A stretch of 64,000 nucleotides of DNA from IMG/VR virus record IMGVR_UViG_3300028025_000092, one strand, 5' to 3'. Positions 26,328 to 36,765 of the stretch are shown here, piece by piece; positions within the stretch are counted from its first letter, which is position 1; every line of letters begins with the position of its first letter. The notes under the pieces were generated by a model, which saw only the letters and a list, made by a program, of their open reading frames with translations, was not told where the DNA came from and did no database searches. A program made the position numbers and the translations under genes. This DNA comes from a virus.

Positions 26328-26597
26328 ATGAAAGATCGAAATTTTAGAAGGGTAAAGAATGTAGGGAAAGATCTACAAAAACATTACAGAGGGTACTTTG
26401 AAAGAAATGCAACAAAGTTTATCTGGAAATGGGAATATAAAATGGCTGACCTTGATGCAATCTTTATAAATGAGGGCGAAGAATATACTTTAATAGGCCA
26501 GGTAAGTGAAGCAACATTCCTTTTAAATAAAAACGATGATGAATCACAATGGTTTGTAGCAGGTCATATATTTCAAAACGAATTTAAGAGAAAATAA
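26328..26597 (+). CDS. Hypothetical protein
   Basis: 89-aa ORF. Confidence 0.6.
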   Translation: MKDRNFRRVKNVGKDLQKHYRGYFERNATKFIWKWEYKMADLDAIFINEGEEYTLIGQVSEATFLLNKNDDESQWFVAGHIFQNEFKRK

Positions 26598-26601
26598 AAA
26601 G

Positions 26602-27063
26602 GTGTCTTCCAGAATTTTCAAAAAAATAGGTAGTGACGAAACTGTGGATCTTTTAGATTATGTTAGATCCGTGATGGAGAAAAAACCAGGAACTAAGATC
26701 TATGTTGGGTGTGACAGCCAAAGTTATGCTAATAAAACTATTTACGTGACAACCGTTGTTTTTAGATACCATAAAAGGGGAGCACACGTAATTTATAAAA
26801 AAGAAATAGTGCCTAAAGTTAAAGATCTGTGGACTAAGCTTTGGGGTGAATTACAAAGATCTATAGATATTGCGGGCTATCTAAAAATAGAGGGTCAAAT
26901 AGAGATATACCAAATAGACCTTGATTATAACACAAATCCCAAACACAAATCAAACATGATAGTAAAAACTGCTATAGGATATATGGAAAGCATGGGATAT
27001 AATTACGCAATAAAACCCCAAACCCTTATTGCAATTAGTATTGCTAATGAACTTTGTCGATGA
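26602..27063 (+). CDS. RNase H-like YkuK (DUF458) family protein
   Basis: IYVGCDSQ...L..E...S...IDLDYN. Confidence 0.8.
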   Translation: MSSRIFKKIGSDETVDLLDYVRSVMEKKPGTKIYVGCDSQSYANKTIYVTTVVFRYHKRGAHVIYKKEIVPKVKDLWTKLWGELQRSIDIAGYLKIEGQIEIYQIDLDYNTNPKHKSNMIVKTAIGYMESMGYNYAIKPQTLIAISIANELCR

Positions 27064-27111
27064 AACAAACCACGATAAAGATATATAATGACTAAATTAA
27101 TAAATAAAAAC

Positions 27112-27300
27112 ATGAAAAAAGTATTAGGAATTTTATCAATTTTCGCAATAGTTGCTTTAGCTTCTTGCGGAAATAAAGCGAACCCAGAAACAGCTACAGG
27201 AACAGACTCAACTGCTGTTAATTTGGATTCCACTGCAGTAACGGCTACAGATTCTACGACAGCTCAAATCCCAGCGGAAAGCCCAGTGGAAACAAAATAA
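27112..27300 (+). CDS. Small lipoprotein
   Basis: MKKVLGILSIFAIVALASC lipobox; three DST repeats. Confidence 0.85.
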   Translation: MKKVLGILSIFAIVALASCGNKANPETATGTDSTAVNLDSTAVTATDSTTAQIPAESPVETK

Positions 27301-27316
27301 TCTGAACAAAAGATTG

Positions 27317-27343
27317 AAAAGCAGGCTTATGCCTGCTTTTTTT
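27317..27343 (+). terminator. Intrinsic terminator
   Basis: AAAAGCAGGC-TTAT-GCCTGCTTTTTTT. Confidence 0.85.
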
Positions 27344-27424
27344 GTGGGGTACTGTAAAATGATTGCATAAAATTGGAAATCTAATCAGTCTATAGTCTAT
27401 AATAACCAAACAATTAAAGAAATT

Positions 27425-28609
27425 ATGGCTAAAGAAAAATCATCTGTTAAAAAAGAATTCTCGTTTTTAGACCTTGATAAGCAACTTTCGAAGATCGAAG
27501 GATTTGAAGCAGGGTCCATTTTGGAAGAAAACGAATTCTCCGAAGTTACTGAGTGGATTGGAACTGGTAACTATGTTTTAAATGCTCAGCTTTCAGGAAG
27601 TCTTTTTGGAGGTGTGGCTAATAATAGGTCTATGGGAATCGCAGGAGATCCACAGACAGGGAAAAGCTTTTTATGCATGAACATAGTAAGGGAATCACAA
27701 AAACAAGGGTATAACGTGATCTATTGCGATACTGAAGGTGCTATTGATAGATCGATGGCTAAAAAATTCGGTATTGACACAAATACTGTTAGATATCAAC
27801 CAATTAAATCAATTTCAGATTTTAAAATCTTTGTTGCTAATCTAGTTGATCAAATTAAGAAAATCAGAAAGGAAGGAGCAGATCCTAAAGTTCTTTTAGT
27901 TCTAGATTCACTCGGTATGCTTACAACAATGAAAGAGTCTGCTGATGCACTTAAGGGCAAAACAGCGATGGATATGGGTATTAGATCTAAGGAAATGAGA
28001 GGATTATTCAGAGAGATCACATTAGATCTAACTGGGGTTAGAATTCCTTTAATCTGTACTAACCACACAACAACTGCTGGTATAGGAAGCTTTATGACAA
28101 CAAAAGAAGCCTCCGGTGGTGATGGACCTATTTTCTCTATGAGTAATGTTATTATGTTATCTAAAGCACAGCTTAAGGACAGTAACGATAAGAAAACAGG
28201 AATCATTGTTACCTCTACCCCAAAAAAGACAAGATTTACTAGACCTTATCCAACGAAATTCCATATTTCATTCATTAATGGTATGAATCCATACGTTGGA
28301 TTGGAGGAATTTATTTCTTGGGATGTGTGTGGAATTGAAAGAGGAAAATTAGAAGTTGACAAAAAGACTGGGGAATTGGAATTTACCCCAAGCGCTTCCT
28401 CTACAAAATGGGCAGTTGCTCATTTAGGTAAATCTATTTTTTCTTCCCAATTGTTTACCCCTGAGGTTTTCACAGAAGATGTATTAAGAAAAATTGATGA
28501 GAAGGCTATTAAGCCGCATTTCTTACTACCAGATTTATTTGACATGAAAGAACTTGATGCTGTCATTAACGGAGAAGAAATCGAGGAGGAAGAAGATGGA
28601 CAAGAATAA
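27425..28609 (+). CDS. uvsX: RecA-like recombinase
   Basis: GDPQTGKS Walker A, YCDTEGA, VLDSLGML, NHT. Confidence 0.9.
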   Translation: MAKEKSSVKKEFSFLDLDKQLSKIEGFEAGSILEENEFSEVTEWIGTGNYVLNAQLSGSLFGGVANNRSMGIAGDPQTGKSFLCMNIVRESQKQGYNVIYCDTEGAIDRSMAKKFGIDTNTVRYQPIKSISDFKIFVANLVDQIKKIRKEGADPKVLLVLDSLGMLTTMKESADALKGKTAMDMGIRSKEMRGLFREITLDLTGVRIPLICTNHTTTAGIGSFMTTKEASGGDGPIFSMSNVIMLSKAQLKDSNDKKTGIIVTSTPKKTRFTRPYPTKFHISFINGMNPYVGLEEFISWDVCGIERGKLEVDKKTGELEFTPSASSTKWAVAHLGKSIFSSQLFTPEVFTEDVLRKIDEKAIKPHFLLPDLFDMKELDAVINGEEIEEEEDGQE

Positions 28610-28886
28610 ATTAAAAATGAAATATCATATGGGAATATGGAAAGATCTTCCAGCATATCCCACGCCCGAGGATGTTATCTTTGAATTAAATAGTTATTTA
28701 GTTAGAGATGGTAGACCTCAGGGTGATTTTTCTGAGCAAACATTTAATTCTTTCTTCCCTACAGGCTGGGAGAAAAATAAACACGGTGAAATCGTAAGAT
28801 CCATGATAGAAAATGGGTCGTTCGAACAAAAATCAAAGTCTGGAAATAAAACAGTTTATAGAATCAAAGATAATCCACATTATTAA
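28596..28886 (+). CDS. Hypothetical protein
   Basis: MDKNKL start overlapping the uvsX end. Confidence 0.6.
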   Translation: MDKNKLKMKYHMGIWKDLPAYPTPEDVIFELNSYLVRDGRPQGDFSEQTFNSFFPTGWEKNKHGEIVRSMIENGSFEQKSKSGNKTVYRIKDNPHY

Positions 28887-28889
28887 AAA

Positions 28890-30194
28890 ATGATAAATTC
28901 CCATTTAGAAAATGTTTGGTTTTGTAGCATAGTATCTGACGCAATTTATATTGAGTCTGCGAAGCCATCCTTTTTCAAAGACCTTAGATATCAAGAGGCA
29001 TTTAAGATAGTAAAATCCTTTTGGAAAAAATATTCACAGATACCCTCAACCCAACAGGTTAAGGAGATAGTGAAAATGTTAAAACTTGGGGATAAGTTAC
29101 CAGAAAATCAGGTTGATACTATTTTTGATATAAAACTAAATGAGTATGATCCGGAATGGCTGAGAGAGAATACCGAATCATGGATAGAATGGAAGAATCT
29201 AGAGCAAAGCGCAATGGATGCTATCACCTATATTAAATCCACAGAGGTTAGTCCAGAAAATATCAAGGATGTCGTTAACACATTTAAAACCATAGTTAAT
29301 GAGAGAAACAGCTTAGATTTTTCTTTTGACCTCGGATTGGATTTTACTGATCCTGATAATCATAAACAACCAAGATCGAGTACTTTTTCTTCCGGATATG
29401 ATTTTATAGATCTTGTACTTGGAGGTGGATTTTCTGCAAAGAATCTATATGTATTTCTAGGACAACCCAAAGTCGGTAAGACCTTATGGTTAGGAAATAT
29501 AGCAGCTCAAGCAATTAGAGCATCTAACAACGTTGCTGTTATTACTCTAGAGCTTGGGGATAGAAAATATATGAAAAGGGTAGGCGCTAACCTTCTTGGG
29601 ATTAAGATGTCAGATTACAATAATGCAACAGAGGATGGGGAGATGATTAAGAAGAAGATTAGAAATATGGCATTCGACAACCTTTCTATTCCTGGACAGC
29701 TTTATATCAAAGAGTTTGGAACTAGCCAGGCTTCTGTATTGGACGTTGAAAAATGGTTAAGAAAGGTAGAAGAGGTTAAAGGTATTAAATTTAAGATAGT
29801 TGTTATTGACTATATCAATATCATGAAGAACTGGAGAAATCCTAACAGTGAAAATACCTACATGAAGATCAAACAAATTGCCGAGGATTTAAGAGCAATG
29901 GGGCAAAGAAATTTATGGGCTATTGTCACTGCAACCCAGACTAAACAATCGGAATTTGATGCAACAGATCTTTCCATGAATTCAGCATCAGAATCATCAG
30001 GTCTAGTTGCAACAGTTGATGGTATGTTCGGTATTATACAAGATCCTTTAATGTATTCAAATAATGAATACAAGCTTAAGGTATTAGCCAATAGAGACGA
30101 GGGATATAAAAACTCATATAAAAAATTTACAGTTGACTATAGTCACATGAGGATCGCAGAGGATCCCAACTCCCAAATAATGAATGAAAATTAA
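28890..30194 (+). CDS. DnaB-like replicative helicase (gp41-like)
   Basis: GQPKVGKT, ITLEL, IDYINI, IAEDLR, TATQ, SES.GL.AT.D. Confidence 0.92.
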   Translation: MINSHLENVWFCSIVSDAIYIESAKPSFFKDLRYQEAFKIVKSFWKKYSQIPSTQQVKEIVKMLKLGDKLPENQVDTIFDIKLNEYDPEWLRENTESWIEWKNLEQSAMDAITYIKSTEVSPENIKDVVNTFKTIVNERNSLDFSFDLGLDFTDPDNHKQPRSSTFSSGYDFIDLVLGGGFSAKNLYVFLGQPKVGKTLWLGNIAAQAIRASNNVAVITLELGDRKYMKRVGANLLGIKMSDYNNATEDGEMIKKKIRNMAFDNLSIPGQLYIKEFGTSQASVLDVEKWLRKVEEVKGIKFKIVVIDYINIMKNWRNPNSENTYMKIKQIAEDLRAMGQRNLWAIVTATQTKQSEFDATDLSMNSASESSGLVATVDGMFGIIQDPLMYSNNEYKLKVLANRDEGYKNSYKKFTVDYSHMRIAEDPNSQIMNEN

Positions 30195-30652
30195 TGAAAC
30201 AAAAAAAGCTAATAGAGGAGGTAGAAGTCCCGGAAACAGAAGCGATACCTATAGATCCCTCGTATGCGGAATATTTACAAGTAGAAGATACCTCAAAGGA
30301 TTACAAATCTTTTAAATCATCAAGGGATGAAGACGATGAGGATTACCTACACATTTCAGCATTGAACGATCTTGTTTATGAAATATTCCATAAATCAAGA
30401 TGGTGTGCACTTGGCCCAAATAAAAAAATACCAAAAGATTTAATACCATTTCTATTTCAGGATCTTTTGGAAGAAATGGAAACAACAGAATTTACTATGG
30501 TAGAAAAATTTGTTTCTATTTGTGATTTTATGAATGTTGGTTATCTAAAGGCATACGAATTGATTCATATGAAATACAAAGAAATTATAGTTAACGAAAT
30601 GGATCAAAAATTTGGAATAGTTTCCAGAAAAAAGATCAAGAAAATATTCTAG
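30194..30652 (+). CDS. Hypothetical; possible gp33-like late transcription coactivator
   Basis: C-terminal VEKFVSICDFMNV..AYELI..KYKEII pattern recalls gp33; weak. Confidence 0.35.
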   Translation: MKQKKLIEEVEVPETEAIPIDPSYAEYLQVEDTSKDYKSFKSSRDEDDEDYLHISALNDLVYEIFHKSRWCALGPNKKIPKDLIPFLFQDLLEEMETTEFTMVEKFVSICDFMNVGYLKAYELIHMKYKEIIVNEMDQKFGIVSRKKIKKIF

Positions 30653-30653
30653 A

Positions 30654-31751
30654 ATGAATGTAAAAGAAGCAAAGAGGTTATGGATCATAACCGATACCCA
30701 TTTAGGGATTAGAAACAGTTCAGAGGAATGGATTCAGATAATGAGAAAATACTTCTTTGAATGGTTCATTCCAACAGTAAAAAAAGAATATAAACCAGGA
30801 GACGTTTTACTACATCTTGGTGACGTTTATGATTCCAGACAAAGCATAAATCTGAAGGTTCTAAATCTTTGCGTTGAGATATTTGGAGAATTATCCAGAA
30901 TATTCAAGGACGGAACCTACGTTATAGTTGGTAATCATGACATATACTCAAAAGAATCAAATGAGATTAATTCACTTGCTTCTCTGAAGTGGATCCCAGG
31001 CATTCATATATTCGAGGATCCTTTAACTATTACCTTTGGTAAAAGAAAAGCTTTTATGATGCCATGGAGAGCTAATGAGGAAGTTGCTGTTGATCTACTT
31101 GCAGAAACTGAAAACCATGATTATTTATTCTGTCATTCTGATATTAGGGGATTAAGTTTTAATAAATTCACTAAGATAGAGGATGGTATAGGTTACAATA
31201 AATTAGAAAACTTTGACCGGGTTTATTCTGGGCACATACACTATTCACAAAATTTCGGAAAGGTAAGAATGTTGGGATCACCGTACCAGTTGACAAGATC
31301 TGATATGGACAACAAAAAAGCTATTATGCTTTTAGATTTAGAGACCAACGAAGAGACATTATTTGAAAACGATTTTTCTCCTAAATTTATAAAAATAGGA
31401 TTTGATCAGGTTCTCGAAAGAACACCAGCAGAACTTGAAATTCTATTTAAAAACAATTTTGTTGATGTTTTAATCGATCCAAAATTAGCAGTTAAAGCTT
31501 CACTAGGGGTATTGACCGAAATGGTCGCTACGCAGCTTAAAACCACCTTTACACCGATAAAAGAAATAGATGCTAGCAACCAAAATTTAGAGGAAGCACT
31601 TTTTAGTTTGGACGGTAAGAATTTTTCTATAGTTGATTTTTCAGATGAGTATATTAACTCACTCGATGAAAGTGAAGAGGTTAAAGATAAGATGAAAAAA
31701 ACAATCAGGGTATTATATAAAAGAACAACAGATAAAGAATCAGAATCATGA
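30654..31751 (+). CDS. Mre11/SbcD-like nuclease (gp47-like)
   Basis: DTHLG, GDVYD, GNHD, SGHIH. Confidence 0.92.
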   Translation: MNVKEAKRLWIITDTHLGIRNSSEEWIQIMRKYFFEWFIPTVKKEYKPGDVLLHLGDVYDSRQSINLKVLNLCVEIFGELSRIFKDGTYVIVGNHDIYSKESNEINSLASLKWIPGIHIFEDPLTITFGKRKAFMMPWRANEEVAVDLLAETENHDYLFCHSDIRGLSFNKFTKIEDGIGYNKLENFDRVYSGHIHYSQNFGKVRMLGSPYQLTRSDMDNKKAIMLLDLETNEETLFENDFSPKFIKIGFDQVLERTPAELEILFKNNFVDVLIDPKLAVKASLGVLTEMVATQLKTTFTPIKEIDASNQNLEEALFSLDGKNFSIVDFSDEYINSLDESEEVKDKMKKTIRVLYKRTTDKESES

Positions 31752-33412
31752 GATTAACCAAAATAGAATGGAGAAATTTTGCATCTTACGGAAACAAGAT
31801 ACAGTCTTTAACATTCGATGAAAACACCGGTCTATATTTAGTTGTTGGTGAGAACGGAGCAGGTAAATCAACAATCTCAGATGTTATAACTTATGGATTA
31901 TACGGGAAGCTAGATGGTAAAAAGTTAAAGGACATACCAAACAGAATAAACGGAAATGCATGGGTAAAAATAACATTTATTTCTAACGGTGAGGAATACA
32001 GTGTAGAGAGAGGTATTGATCCTTCAATTTTTAATCTCTATGTTAACGATACCCTTTATGATAAAGCAGGATCCAGATCTGTTCAGGAATATTTAACCGA
32101 TGATATTATTCAGATTCCAAATTACGTTTTTAATAATACGATTTCTCTTTCAATCAACGATTTTAAGAGCTTTCTTAAAATGTCACCAGCAGACAAGAAA
32201 TCTATTATTGATAAAATATTCGGATTCTATGTAATCAACGAGATGAGGGATCTTTTAAAGGACGAATCTAAAGCTATCAAAGAAAATATGGCTAGATTAA
32301 GTGGAGAAATAGATGGTCTCACACGTACACTTTCCAGAACTCAAGAAGAATTACAGTCTCTTTCAGAGAAGATAAAAGAGGATTCAAAGGGTAAAACCGA
32401 GGATTTGGAAGAAAAGATTTCAAAATTTTCTTCTCTTCTTGATATGCACAAAGAAAAGGTCTCACAGTTTAATTCATTAGAGACAGAGGTTTCTGATCAG
32501 GTAAAATCCGCATATAGAGCAGTAACAACGGCAAAAGAATCCAAGAGAACCATAGAGCAAAAAATTAGACTTTACGAAAACGATAAATGTCCGACATGCA
32601 CCACGGATCTTTCCGGATTATTTCACCAAGGATTAAAAGACGAACTTAATAAACAGTTATCTGATTTTAACTCTGTTATAGATTCACACCAAGAAAACTA
32701 TGATAGCGCATTAAAAAAAGAAGCAGAAATAAGAAAAGAAAAAACCTCAATAACGGAAAAAGGAAATAAAATCATAGTTAACATAAATTCTATTAAAGAG
32801 GAGCTTAAAAAACTAAAATCTGTATCAGCAGTGCGTGGTTTAGACTCTTTAAAGAAAATATCAGAAGATACAAGGGAAAGTATACAAGAATTCTCACAGG
32901 AAAGATCAAAGGAGGAGAAAAAATCCGAATGGATAAAGAAAATAGAGGATATACTAGGGGATAAGGGTGTTAAGCAATTGGCTCTAAGAACTATTCTTCC
33001 CTCATTAAACGGTAATATAGCAGAACTAATGGGGTCATTACATCTTCCTTATACTGTCACATTCGACGAAGATTTTAACGCATCTGTAGTTCATATGGGA
33101 GAGGAGATATCAACATCGACCCTCAGCACGGGCGAAATGAAAAAAGTTGACTTTGCAGTTTTGCTTTCTGTCATTAAATTAATGAAAATTAGATTTAGCA
33201 GCATAAATCTTTTGTTTTTGGATGAGATATTTAGCTCAGTTGACCCTGACGGGGTTTATACAATTCTAAACACGCTCAGAAAAATATGTGACGACTTAGG
33301 GTTAAATGTTTTTGTTATAAACCATGCTCCTATGCCGACAGAGATTTTTGATTACAAAATTGAGATCCAGAAAAGAAATAACTTCTCGGATCTCCTCGTA
33401 GAGAAGGTTTAA
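31748..33412 (+). CDS. Rad50/SbcC-like ATPase (gp46-like)
   Basis: GENGAGKS, zinc hook CPTC, LSTGE, FLDE. Confidence 0.93.
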   Translation: MRLTKIEWRNFASYGNKIQSLTFDENTGLYLVVGENGAGKSTISDVITYGLYGKLDGKKLKDIPNRINGNAWVKITFISNGEEYSVERGIDPSIFNLYVNDTLYDKAGSRSVQEYLTDDIIQIPNYVFNNTISLSINDFKSFLKMSPADKKSIIDKIFGFYVINEMRDLLKDESKAIKENMARLSGEIDGLTRTLSRTQEELQSLSEKIKEDSKGKTEDLEEKISKFSSLLDMHKEKVSQFNSLETEVSDQVKSAYRAVTTAKESKRTIEQKIRLYENDKCPTCTTDLSGLFHQGLKDELNKQLSDFNSVIDSHQENYDSALKKEAEIRKEKTSITEKGNKIIVNINSIKEELKKLKSVSAVRGLDSLKKISEDTRESIQEFSQERSKEEKKSEWIKKIEDILGDKGVKQLALRTILPSLNGNIAELMGSLHLPYTVTFDEDFNASVVHMGEEISTSTLSTGEMKKVDFAVLLSVIKLMKIRFSSINLLFLDEIFSSVDPDGVYTILNTLRKICDDLGLNVFVINHAPMPTEIFDYKIEIQKRNNFSDLLVEKV

Positions 33413-33433
33413 TAATTTTCAATATATAGGGAT

Positions 33434-33754
33434 ATGGCACTACTATCAAGAAACGATATAGAAAAATATTCCTATTTTTTTGTTACAAAAAATAACAAAA
33501 GAACCCTTTCTAGAATATCATTAAGTGAATTTTTTGTTTATAAATTCGAAAATCCGGTAACAGAGCAAAGGGGGAAAGCGTATCTAACTGACGAATACGT
33601 TACTAATGTTTACGCAATGTCTGACGATTTTTACAAAAAGGAATCTTTCCTTCATCCCAAGTATACAAACCAAAAAAACCTACCAATATTATTTAAGTAC
33701 ACGGAACTGCCCGTGACTGAGGTTAGCGTGGAAATGAGCAGAACACTAAAATAA
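33434..33754 (+). CDS. Hypothetical protein
   Basis: 106 aa; AATATATA at 33421. Confidence 0.6.
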   Translation: MALLSRNDIEKYSYFFVTKNNKRTLSRISLSEFFVYKFENPVTEQRGKAYLTDEYVTNVYAMSDDFYKKESFLHPKYTNQKNLPILFKYTELPVTEVSVEMSRTLK

Positions 33755-33758
33755 GCAT

Positions 33759-34556
33759 ATGAATTTTTTAGACAAATTTAACAGCGATGACATATTTTTC
33801 AGAGGAATGATTATAGGAATGCTAAAATCATTGAACGAAAAAATCACATATTTCCAAACAACATCAGCGGGAAAAATTCAAGAGATATACATCCCATTTT
33901 TTTATTCCTTAGCAGGAGATGAGTCATTTCTTCAAGATTTTTATCTTAATTACGGGGATTGTGACGGAAATCCAGCATTTGCGGAGGGTAACTATGATGT
34001 TATACCGAGAGGTATTTTAGAATACGCAAGCTCTAGAATAAACACGGCATCATCCACAAATAAATACGTAAGAGGAACCTACGAAAAAGAGATAGTACAA
34101 GATACTGGGGGATCCGAAATGAAGGCTTATTCTGCGTACCTATCCCCTATTCCGATTGATGCATCATTTAATCTAAAGATCAAGGTTGACACTAACACTG
34201 ATGCTATGAAGATACAGGCAAGGGTAATTGAGGTTCTATTTAAAAACTTTGTTTATTACTTTGAGTATAACGGATTTAGAGTTCCTGTACAGGTTTCTTT
34301 ACCCGACCAAGTCCCAGAAAAAAGCCCAAATCAATTTAATTTCAGCTATGGAAGTACTAGAGGAGAGGGCATAACATTAAGTTTATCGGTTAATGCTGAA
34401 ACCTACCTACCTCAATTAGATATGTCTACTGAAAGGTTCAGGGGTAATTTAATGCAAGGTGGGATTAGGGTTAAGACTGAACTTGGGGTAGTCCCGCCAG
34501 ATAATTCAGCAATACTAAAGGGCGTGGATATTCTTTCCAATAATACTATCAGATAA
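33759..34556 (+). CDS. Tail sheath stabiliser / tail terminator (gp15-like)
   Basis: IPF.Y, PR, SPIPIDASFNL.I pattern; position before neck and terminase genes. Confidence 0.6.
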   Translation: MNFLDKFNSDDIFFRGMIIGMLKSLNEKITYFQTTSAGKIQEIYIPFFYSLAGDESFLQDFYLNYGDCDGNPAFAEGNYDVIPRGILEYASSRINTASSTNKYVRGTYEKEIVQDTGGSEMKAYSAYLSPIPIDASFNLKIKVDTNTDAMKIQARVIEVLFKNFVYYFEYNGFRVPVQVSLPDQVPEKSPNQFNFSYGSTRGEGITLSLSVNAETYLPQLDMSTERFRGNLMQGGIRVKTELGVVPPDNSAILKGVDILSNNTIR

Positions 34557-34604
34557 TTACGGTCTTATAATAACCGTGATTTTTTTCGCTGATATATAGG
34601 AACA

Positions 34605-36761
34605 ATGACAGATCCTATTATTTTTTCAAGCATAGGTAACTATAGAATAATTAACTATAATTCCGCGTTCAAAGACGTTAACCGGTTTAGAGGGTGGATT
34701 ATAGAAACATCGGGAGAGGTTGAAAATTCTAGTTATCTATTAAAGGAATTCCGATGGAGTACCAATAACAGCAATTGGTCTCTGTGGATGCCTTTACTAC
34801 AGGAAAATATTGATGTGATAGAGCTAGATCCAGCTAAAGAATTTTATGTTGAATTTAAGTTTACTGCAAATTCGGACGAAGATTCTAGTCCTTATTTTCC
34901 GGAGGGTACTAACCTAGAAACACCAATAGTTCTAGAAAACTTCGACGTTGATTTAGTTTATAGGGAGATAGATTATAGGGATTTAGCGACAAAACCTGCT
35001 ATTCTTTGTTCGAAGGAACTTTATACAAAGTCCGTAATATTCAATCCAACTTGTACCGATAAATTATTTAAACCCTACGACGTAAATAAGGGAATAAATG
35101 TTTATCAGGATCTAAGCAGAACAGTAAACGAACTTTTTGGCCACGAAATTAATTATTACTCAATTCAGCCTAATGGAAGAGGTAAGGATGTAATATTAAA
35201 GGAATACAGTCTTTTTGATGTTGTTGCGGAGAAATGTGTTAAAGTTATGGTTCCAGGGAATAACTTCCCGGACAATAAGCCAATTTATGACACGTTCGGA
35301 ATACAATTTGAACAGCCATTAGAGATTCACATTGATAGAAAGTATTTTGAAAGTATATTCGGAAAAGGAGCATCACCAAGGAAGAGGGATATTATTTTCT
35401 TCCCACTTACAAACAGAATTTATCAAATAGAATCAACATATCTACATAGGGATTTTAATTTATATCCGGTATTTTTTAAATGCCAATTGATGAAGTATGA
35501 GGTTAAACAAAACACCCAATTTCTCAATCCTGTTGCAGAAAAAGAATTACACGATTACACGGTAAATACAAAAGATCTATTCGGCGAAGAGACACAAGAT
35601 GAAATAGAAAAAGTAACAAAGAAACAACAATACTTTATTTCGTCACAGAGAAGAAGTGAAGATCCTACTAGAGCTTATATAGACCATTATTTACCTATTA
35701 TAGAATTTGATTTAAACAACAACTACACGATCGTATTTAACAGTTATTATGATTTAGAAAGATATCTTTATGATGATCCTTTATCTAATTCAAAAACAGA
35801 AGAGCAAAGGGAAGCAGTTAGATATAAATCAGTTCCAATTTTAGGTGATAATGATGAATTGTCGTTTACCTGTTGGTTTAAAACAAGAAACTATATCGAC
35901 AAAACCAAACTTGTAAATAGGCCATCAGCAAAATTATCGATATCTTCATACGTTCAGGGTAGCGGAACTATAACATATTCATCATCAACCCCACATAAGT
36001 TAACTATGGCGGATGGGTATGTCTCGATACTTGCGGATTCGGCAAGATCTGGTGGATTCAAGATCTTAAGCATCCCTGATCAATATTCATTTAGGGTTGC
36101 AGATAATGGATCTACCATATCTGGATCGATAGCAACCTGGAAATTCCAAAAAGCACAGGCAAGAAATTTAATATACGGGAGAAAAGACGGAAATGGCATA
36201 TCAATACAAATGATATGGTCAGGATCTAATCTTACCCCAACAAGTACTGAATACTTACAAACAGGATCATTTAGAATACTAATTAACGACTTAGAAATAT
36301 TATCACCATTTGGTGCTGGTACTAATTCTCCGATAGGGAATTTTATACCTACTCTTGACGATTGGTACGGATTCGTATTTAATTTCTCAAATATATTTAA
36401 ACAATATTCTGTGAATGTTTGGCAAATGCTTTATGACCCCGAAAATCCTGATGCACAAACTTCAGATCTCGGTATAGTGCATTTTAAAGAAGGATTAATT
36501 TCTCAAAAATATACATATGAAATTCCTTCAGATATAGAACAAAGTAACCAGGTAGAAACATGGAAAAGTGATAATAACTCATATAAAATACTAGGAAGTC
36601 CTTTGTATTTGACTAATCTAAGAATTTTTCAAAATATGATTGAAAAAGAAAAGCAATCAGCAATTCTAAACCAGAACGTGGTAGGAGATTCCCAATTAGC
36701 AATAATTATTGATAATGCTAAACCAGTTCTTAAGCTTCCTAAAATAGCTAAAAACAGATAA
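34605..36761 (+). CDS. Extended neck protein (gp14-like core)
   Basis: LFGHEINYY...FGIQF...F...PRKRDIIFFPLTNRIYQI. Confidence 0.6.
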   Translation: MTDPIIFSSIGNYRIINYNSAFKDVNRFRGWIIETSGEVENSSYLLKEFRWSTNNSNWSLWMPLLQENIDVIELDPAKEFYVEFKFTANSDEDSSPYFPEGTNLETPIVLENFDVDLVYREIDYRDLATKPAILCSKELYTKSVIFNPTCTDKLFKPYDVNKGINVYQDLSRTVNELFGHEINYYSIQPNGRGKDVILKEYSLFDVVAEKCVKVMVPGNNFPDNKPIYDTFGIQFEQPLEIHIDRKYFESIFGKGASPRKRDIIFFPLTNRIYQIESTYLHRDFNLYPVFFKCQLMKYEVKQNTQFLNPVAEKELHDYTVNTKDLFGEETQDEIEKVTKKQQYFISSQRRSEDPTRAYIDHYLPIIEFDLNNNYTIVFNSYYDLERYLYDDPLSNSKTEEQREAVRYKSVPILGDNDELSFTCWFKTRNYIDKTKLVNRPSAKLSISSYVQGSGTITYSSSTPHKLTMADGYVSILADSARSGGFKILSIPDQYSFRVADNGSTISGSIATWKFQKAQARNLIYGRKDGNGISIQMIWSGSNLTPTSTEYLQTGSFRILINDLEILSPFGAGTNSPIGNFIPTLDDWYGFVFNFSNIFKQYSVNVWQMLYDPENPDAQTSDLGIVHFKEGLISQKYTYEIPSDIEQSNQVETWKSDNNSYKILGSPLYLTNLRIFQNMIEKEKQSAILNQNVVGDSQLAIIIDNAKPVLKLPKIAKNR

Positions 36762-36765
36762 ATTT

